A DNA stretch of 64,000 bases from an uncultured Alistipes sp. (GTDB taxonomy: Bacteria; Bacteroidota; Bacteroidia; Bacteroidales; Rikenellaceae): NCBI GenBank assembly GCA_944321945.1, contig CALUNE010000010.1:15560-79559 (forward strand). The letters run 5' to 3'. Positions 58,379 through 64,000 of this stretch are shown here, piece by piece. The notes under the pieces are model-generated. The model had not been told where the DNA came from, searched no databases, and saw nothing but the letters and a program-made list of their open reading frames with translations. The translations under genes and the position numbers were made by a program. Numbering within the stretch: position 1 is the stretch's first letter; each line of letters begins with the position of its first letter.

Positions 58379-60565
58379 TTACGGAATAATTTTCAATATC
58401 CCGCCCTCGTCGCTGACGATTTTGCCTTCGGCGAGCAATTCGCGCAGGGCGGCGGCCACGCGTTCGGGCGAGGCGGGGCAGTCGGCAGCCAGTTGTCGGG
58501 GGTCGGCCGGCGCCGAGGCAAGCCGTTCGAGCAGGCGGGTGCGGAGCGTCTGGTCCGACCATGCGGCGGCCGGTTCGGTCGTGGGCGCAGGGGTGTGGCC
58601 GGCGGCTTTCGGGGAAGATTCTCCGCTCGGCCGGGCCGCCGGACTGTCCGAAACCGCCGCGCCGGAATGTGCCGGACCGGGGATCGTCGCGCCGGAATGT
58701 GCCGAATTGGGGACCGTCGCGCCGGAATGTGCCGAATTGGGGAACGTCGCGCCGGAATGTGCCGGACCGGGGACCGTCGCGCCGTCGGATGACCCTTCGT
58801 GAGCATCCGGAGGGGTGCCGTCTCGTGCGGCCTGCGCCTTGGCGGCCCGGCGGCGGGCCAGGCAGACGTCGCAGATACCGCACGGCTCGGGCGCCTCGGA
58901 ACCGAAGTAACGCTCCAGAATCACGCTCCGGCATTCGGTGTCGTTCTCCGCGTAGGCCAGCATTCGCTCGAAGCGTTCGTGCATCAACTCCTGGCGCCGC
59001 CGGTAGGTCTCCGGCGCGATGTAGAGGTCTTCGCGCGGGAGCCGCTCCTCGTTCAGGAAGAGGATCGGCGAGCGGTTCGACGGGATGTAGCGGATCACGC
59101 GCAGCTGCCAAAGCTCCTTGAGCAGCTCCTTGACCCGCTCGACCGTATAGCCGCTCCACGTGGCCAGTTCGCCCTCGTCGATGGGGCGGAAGTCGGTGAA
59201 GATGCCGTTGTAGAGGCGCAGCATCGTGCGGATGAAGGGATCCAGCCGGTCGCGCTGCAGCCGCAGCCGGTAGAGGTCGTCGCGGCTCACGCAGAACATC
59301 ACCCGTGCCGGATTGTCCTGCATGTCGGTCAGTGTCATGTAGCCGTTCTGCTGGAGAAGCTTCACGGCGCTCTGCACCGTCCCCGCATAGAGATGTTCGC
59401 GGGCGCAGAAGTCGTAGAGGTTGAACAGATGGCTCGTCTCGCCGCCTTCGCCGATGCCGATGCGCAGGTAGGAGCAGATGCGTTCGTAGATCTCCTTGAT
59501 CTTCTCGAGCGGCGGGAACTCCTGGTCGAAACGGCGGGCGATGCGGTCGCCGTCGTCCGAGGCCACCAGCAGCAGGGCATAGGCCCGTCGGCCGTCGCGA
59601 CCGGCGCGTCCGGCCTCCTGGTAGTAGCTCTCCAGCGAGTCGCACATCGCGTAGTGGACCACAAAGCGGACGTCGGCCTTGTCGATTCCCATCCCGAAGG
59701 CGTTCGTGGCCACCATTACCCGCACCTGGTTCTGCAGCCACTCCTCCTGACGCCGGGCGCGGTCCGCATGGCCCAGACCTCCGTGGTAGGCTGCGGCGGT
59801 GATTCCGGCATCGCGGAGCTGTTCGGCGAGCTGTTCGGCCCCTTCGCGGGTCCGCGTGTAGACGATCCCCGAGCCGGGAACGTTGTGCAGCAGCCGCAGC
59901 AGCTGACCCAGTTTGTCGTCCGTGTGGCGGACGCTGTACGAAAGGTTCGGGCGGGCGAAACTGCTGCGGATAATGTGCGGTTCGGCGAATTTCAGGTGGT
60001 GCATGATGTCTTCGGCCACGGGCTTCGTCGCCGAGGCCGTCAGTGCCAGCACCGGTACGTCGGGGAGTTTTTCGCGCAGTTCGGCAATGCGCAGGTAGGA
60101 GGGGCGGAAGTCGTAGCCCCACTGCGAGATGCAGTGGGCCTCGTCGACGGCCAGCAGCGTCACGGGCATCCGCACGACCCGCAGCCGGAAGGCCTCGGTG
60201 GCCAGCCGTTCCGGCGCCACGTAGAGAAACTTCGTGTCGCCGTAGACACAGTTGTCCAGCGCGATGTCGATCTGCCGCGGCGAGAGTCCCGAGTGGATTG
60301 CCACGGCCGGGATGCCCATCCGCCGCAGACGGTCGACCTGATCCTTCATCAGGGCGATGAGCGGTGTGACCACCACGCAGAGCCCCTCGCGGGCCATGGT
60401 CGGCACCTGATAGGTGAGCGACTTTCCGCCGCCGGTGGGCATCAGCGCCAGCGTGTCGCGCCCCTCCATCACCGAACGGATGATCTGCTCCTGTACCGAA
60501 CGGAAGGATGTGAAGCCCCAATAGCGTTTGAGTGTCTGAAAGATTTGGTCCGTGGCGGATTCCAT
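58379..60565 (-). CDS. recQ: RecQ-family DNA helicase
   Basis: MPTGGGKS, VDEAHCISQWGYDFRP, ATNAFGMGIDK, QEAGRAGRDG and Zn-binding CR...CGICDVC motifs; promoter TACCTTTG (minus) at 60571-60578. Confidence 0.93.
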   Translation of the reverse strand: MESATDQIFQTLKRYWGFTSFRSVQEQIIRSVMEGRDTLALMPTGGGKSLTYQVPTMAREGLCVVVTPLIALMKDQVDRLRRMGIPAVAIHSGLSPRQIDIALDNCVYGDTKFLYVAPERLATEAFRLRVVRMPVTLLAVDEAHCISQWGYDFRPSYLRIAELREKLPDVPVLALTASATKPVAEDIMHHLKFAEPHIIRSSFARPNLSYSVRHTDDKLGQLLRLLHNVPGSGIVYTRTREGAEQLAEQLRDAGITAAAYHGGLGHADRARRQEEWLQNQVRVMVATNAFGMGIDKADVRFVVHYAMCDSLESYYQEAGRAGRDGRRAYALLLVASDDGDRIARRFDQEFPPLEKIKEIYERICSYLRIGIGEGGETSHLFNLYDFCAREHLYAGTVQSAVKLLQQNGYMTLTDMQDNPARVMFCVSRDDLYRLRLQRDRLDPFIRTMLRLYNGIFTDFRPIDEGELATWSGYTVERVKELLKELWQLRVIRYIPSNRSPILFLNEERLPREDLYIAPETYRRRQELMHERFERMLAYAENDTECRSVILERYFGSEAPEPCGICDVCLARRRAAKAQAARDGTPPDAHEGSSDGATVPGPAHSGATFPNSAHSGATVPNSAHSGATIPGPAHSGAAVSDSPAARPSGESSPKAAGHTPAPTTEPAAAWSDQTLRTRLLERLASAPADPRQLAADCPASPERVAAALRELLAEGKIVSDEGGILKIIP
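58659..58784. repeat. In-frame 30-bp tandem repeat in recQ (4 units, ABBA)
   Basis: GCGCCGGAATGTGCCG(GACC/AATT)GGGGA(T/C/A)CGTC, encoding SGATxP(GP/NS)AH on the minus strand. Confidence 0.92.
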
Positions 60566-60637
60566 ATCCACAAAGGTACGAAAAATTAGGCGATCTGCGG
60601 AATTTTTCCTACATTTGCCCTCGGACAAGTCGCAAGC

Positions 60638-60913
60638 ATGATGAAGATCCGTTCGGAATACAGCCTTCGCGAAATGGCCGGAGAACACGTCGTCGTGATC
60701 CCCGGAGGCGGCGAAACATCCGCTCCGACGCGCATCGTCGCACTCAATCCGTCGGCCTGCTATCTGTGGGAGAGCTTCCGCGGACGGGAGTTCTCGGCCG
60801 ACGATGTCGCTCGGGCCCTCGAGGCGCGTTACGACGTGGAGCCCGGGACGGCCCGGCGCGATGCCCGCCGCTGGATCGATCGACTTGCCGACTGCGGGAT
60901 CATCGAGGCATGA
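60638..60913 (+). CDS. Stand-alone PqqD family (RiPP recognition element-like) protein
   Basis: 91 aa; LREMAGEHVVV, ALNPSACYLWE, L...YDVE...ARRD...WI..L...GII pattern; promoter TACATTTG at 60610-60617. Confidence 0.88.
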   Translation: MMKIRSEYSLREMAGEHVVVIPGGGETSAPTRIVALNPSACYLWESFRGREFSADDVARALEARYDVEPGTARRDARRWIDRLADCGIIEA

Positions 60914-61344
60914 AACTCAAACGCTATATCGCTCTGGTGCTTTGCGCCCTCTACATCGCGGCCACGGCCTCGGTGTCGCTGGCTTCGGTGACCTGCAAGT
61001 GCCTGGATATGAAACGCGCCGTGACGGAACATCGCTGTCCGACGTGTTGCGTGATGCATGACCTCACGCCGGACAATGGCTGCACGGGCGGGCAGATCGG
61101 CTCGGACTGTGACTGCGACCGCCATTCCACCCGAATCGATCTCTACACGTCGTCGCATTCGAACGACAACGACAAATTCATCAAGTGCATCATCTCCGAA
61201 CTGCCGCCTTCGCTGACGGTTGAATGTCCGCCTGCGGCCACTCTTCTTGTCGCAGCGCGCGGTGCGGCATTGCGTGCGGAAGCACTCCCCCGCGATGTCG
61301 TGGCGGAGTGTGCCGGACGAAGGGCTCCTCCCTCCCGGGGCTGA
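60910..61344 (+). CDS. Cys/His-rich exported protein with C-terminal RAPP motif (CruR/DUF2946/HYC_CC_PP-like)
   Basis: ATG overlaps the PqqD-gene stop (ATGA); hydrophobic N-terminus; 12 Cys including CKC, CPTCC and CDC; ends GRRAPPSRG*. Confidence 0.78.
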   Translation: MKLKRYIALVLCALYIAATASVSLASVTCKCLDMKRAVTEHRCPTCCVMHDLTPDNGCTGGQIGSDCDCDRHSTRIDLYTSSHSNDNDKFIKCIISELPPSLTVECPPAATLLVAARGAALRAEALPRDVVAECAGRRAPPSRG

Positions 61345-61688
61345 TTCTGCAAGGACGGAGCCGTGTGTCCGCACCCGGTTCCGTACGGCAGATCCGCCGT
61401 CGGCCTCCGCTGCCCGCCGACAGACAATTACTGTCGGCATCTCCTCCTTTTTCATGGCAATGAATCCGATTGCCGGGGCTGCAGGGCTTGCGGCACCTCT
61501 TTTCCCGGACCGAAATCCATCCTCCCCGCTGTGGCGGAGAGACCGGGCCCGGGTAATCAACCCCTTATCACGGGACAGAGTCCCGATGGCCGGTCGGAAC
61601 GCTCATGCGCTGCCGAAGCAACGGTTTGCAATCCGGTTGCAGGAGCGTTGCGTTACCTTTGCCGGCGAAACAAAACGGAAAATCTCAC

Positions 61689-64000
61689 ATGATTCGCAAA
61701 ATTTTTCTCATGACGGCGTCGGCCGTTCTGGCCGACATCGCGATTGTCGGGGCCCAGGACCTGCGCGGCGTGGTGCGTGACGCCGACCTTCAGCCCCTCG
61801 TCGGAGCCTCGGTCTACTGGGCCGGTACGACCATTGGCGCCAGTACCGATGCCGAGGGCGGTTTCCTGCTCCACCGCGTCAAGGGATACGATCGGCTGGT
61901 GGCCTCGTATCTCGGCTATGTCAATGATACGATCCGGGTCGACGGAGGTGTCGGCCAACTTGAATTTAGGCTTCGTTCCGAAGGCGTCGCGCTCGAGGAT
62001 GTCGTCGTCGAGGGGGCCGTCAGCGGCAACTTCGTCAAGCGTGACGGCATTGTCAAGGGCGAGATGATCTCCTTTGCGGGGCTCTGCAAGATGGCCTGCT
62101 GCAACCTGGCCGAATCGTTCGAAAATTCGGCCTCGGTCACCGTCGGGTACAGCGACGCCATCTCCGGCGCCCGGCAGATCAAGATGCTCGGTCTGGCCGG
62201 CACCTACACCCAGATTCTCGACGAAAACCGCCCGATCATGCACGGTCTGAGCGCCCCCTACGGCATGAGCTACACGCCCGGCATGTGGCTCAATTCGATT
62301 CAGGTCTCGAAGGGCGTCGCCTCGGTGACGGCCGGCCACGAGGCCATCACCGGGCAGATCAACCTCGAACACCGCAAACCGACCGACGAGGAGCGTCTCT
62401 TCCTGAACGTCTATCTCGACGATGAACTGCGCCCGGAGGTCAACCTCTCGTCGGCCTTCCCCGTCTCGAAGAACAAGAAGCTCTCGAGCGTCATCCTGCT
62501 CCACGGTTCGGGCGATACGGATGTGCGCCGCATGGACCACAACGACGACGGATTCCATGATCTGCCTGTTTCGAACCAGATCAACGTGGCCAACAAATGG
62601 CTCTACGCCGCCGACAACGGCATGCAGATCCGCTGGGGCTGGAAGTTCGTCCAGGAAAACCGTCTGGGCGGCATGATGGACTACAGGAACACGGCGGCCA
62701 TGCGCGAGGCGATGCTCAACGACTGGAACTGGCAGGCCGAGGACAAACCCATGCCCCTCTACGGATCGCACATCCGAAACCGCAACGTCAACGGCTATTT
62801 CAAACTCGGCATGCCCGTCGGGCCGTCGGTTTACGATGCCGACGAACAGGACGAGATGCGTTCGAATCTGGCGTTCGTGGCCGATTTCGACCACTTCAAC
62901 GAGGATGCCTACTTCGGGTTGAACAACTACGACGGCAATCAGAACTCCGTGGCGCTGAACCTGATGTACAACCACTACTTCACCTATCGTTCGTCGCTGA
63001 TCGTCGGCGGCCAGCTCCATCTGGACTACTACCGCGAGGGGCTGCTGAACCGTACGCCGTGGATCGAGCAGCTGGCGCAGGCCGATTTCAATCTGGACCG
63101 CAACGAGCGTGAGGCGGGTCTCTATGCCGAGTATACCTACGCCGTCAAGGAGCGGTTCTCCATCGTGGCGGGCATTCGGGGCGACTACAACCACTATTAC
63201 GACCGCTTTTTCGTGACGCCGCGCGGCCACCTGAAGTGGAACATCACCCCGTCGACCACGCTCCGTGCCTCGGCCGGTCTGGGCTACCGTTCGACGAACC
63301 TCCTGACGGACAACATCGGTGTGCTGGCCACGGGCCGCGCCATCCGTCCGGTGACCTTCGAGGACGGCCTGCCCGTCGACGCCTCGTTCCGCGATGTCGA
63401 CCGCATGGAGAAGGCCCTCACCGTGGGCGGAAGCCTCACGCAGAGCTTCGGACTGGTCAAGGCCGAGGATGCCACGTTGAGTGTCGACTACTTCCGCACG
63501 CAGTTCTACAATTCGGTGGTGGCCGATCAGGAGATGTTTGCCGACCGGATCGTCTTCTACAGCACCGACGGCCGCTCCTATACCGATACCTATCAGGTCG
63601 ACTTCTCGTGGTCGCCCGTCGAGCGTCTGGACATCTTCGCCACGTTCCGCTACACGGACAGCGAGATGACGATCCGGCGTGCGGACGGTTCGCCGGCCCG
63701 GGTCGAACGACCGCTGGTCAGCCGTTACAAGACGCTGCTCAATATCCAGTACGCCACGAAGTTCCGTCGCTGGACCTTCGATGCGACGGCCCAGTTGAAC
63801 GGTCCGAGCCGGGTGCCTCTCTTTGTCGACAACGGTGCCGGAGTGCTCATTCCCGACTATGACAACTATTCGCCGCGTTATCCGATGTTCTATGCGCAGG
63901 TGAGCCGCAAGCTTGGCAAGTTCGATCTCTACGTCGGTTGCGAGAATATTGCCGACTACATGCAGAAGGAGCCGATCGTGAATGCGGAGAATCCCTACTC
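61689..64000 (+). CDS. TonB-dependent receptor, probably metal-related (partial; runs off the window; absent from the ORF track)
   Basis: MIRKIFLMTA signal peptide; N-terminal LRGVVRD....LVGASV.W.GT..G..TD.EG.F domain; plug LCKMACCNLAESFENSASV.VGYSDA.SGARQIKMLGL; same frame reads VGCENIADY..KEPIVNAENPY at the window end. Confidence 0.93.
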   Translation, partial: MIRKIFLMTASAVLADIAIVGAQDLRGVVRDADLQPLVGASVYWAGTTIGASTDAEGGFLLHRVKGYDRLVASYLGYVNDTIRVDGGVGQLEFRLRSEGVALEDVVVEGAVSGNFVKRDGIVKGEMISFAGLCKMACCNLAESFENSASVTVGYSDAISGARQIKMLGLAGTYTQILDENRPIMHGLSAPYGMSYTPGMWLNSIQVSKGVASVTAGHEAITGQINLEHRKPTDEERLFLNVYLDDELRPEVNLSSAFPVSKNKKLSSVILLHGSGDTDVRRMDHNDDGFHDLPVSNQINVANKWLYAADNGMQIRWGWKFVQENRLGGMMDYRNTAAMREAMLNDWNWQAEDKPMPLYGSHIRNRNVNGYFKLGMPVGPSVYDADEQDEMRSNLAFVADFDHFNEDAYFGLNNYDGNQNSVALNLMYNHYFTYRSSLIVGGQLHLDYYREGLLNRTPWIEQLAQADFNLDRNEREAGLYAEYTYAVKERFSIVAGIRGDYNHYYDRFFVTPRGHLKWNITPSTTLRASAGLGYRSTNLLTDNIGVLATGRAIRPVTFEDGLPVDASFRDVDRMEKALTVGGSLTQSFGLVKAEDATLSVDYFRTQFYNSVVADQEMFADRIVFYSTDGRSYTDTYQVDFSWSPVERLDIFATFRYTDSEMTIRRADGSPARVERPLVSRYKTLLNIQYATKFRRWTFDATAQLNGPSRVPLFVDNGAGVLIPDYDNYSPRYPMFYAQVSRKLGKFDLYVGCENIADYMQKEPIVNAENPY

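Noticed and set aside
60532-60909. N-terminal extension of the 270-aa ORF 60532-61344
   Set aside because: It overlaps recQ and the PqqD gene. The ATG at 60910 gives a clean signal peptide and an ATGA coupling.

Overview
This is a high-GC core-chromosome segment from a Bacteroidota organism, most likely Alistipes/Rikenellaceae. The assignment is inferred from the TAnnTTTG promoters, the gene order and the protein families. Most of the window is housekeeping: the rnc 3' end, radC, glyQS, ruvX, def, ppdK, mnmA, rimM, rpsP, tRNA-Arg(TCT), rplU-rpmA, cysQ, trkA, GH3, dNK, rsmF, nadE, rseC-rnfBCDGEA, hpt-queE-ftsB, thiL, aroQ, pyk, wzx, ackA-ptb-buk, crcB, proBA, DUF349-pyrG-yidC, rlmI and recQ. 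Single accessory lipoprotein genes and several short tandem-repeat expansions are scattered among them. I found no transposase, integrase, prophage or CRISPR array. The best leads are: (1) at the right end, a stand-alone PqqD/RRE-type gene overlapping the start of a Cys-rich exported protein that ends in a RAPP ribosome-arrest motif, followed by competing hairpins and a TonB-dependent receptor with a C-x3-CC plug motif (missing from the ORF track), which suggests a metal-sensing arrest-peptide system with an unexpected RRE partner; (2) a ~142-nt rod-shaped, pseudo-two-fold symmetric candidate RNA with its own promoter, upstream of a META gene; (3) an AT-rich XRE gene preceded by five back-to-back inverted repeats; (4) apparent pseudo-enzymes (an exported EEP-fold protein and the NadE glutaminase domain); (5) a MerR-like HTH with a long acidic tether ending in a clamp-motif-like EQSLF. 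All family assignments come from recognising motifs by eye; no searches were run.
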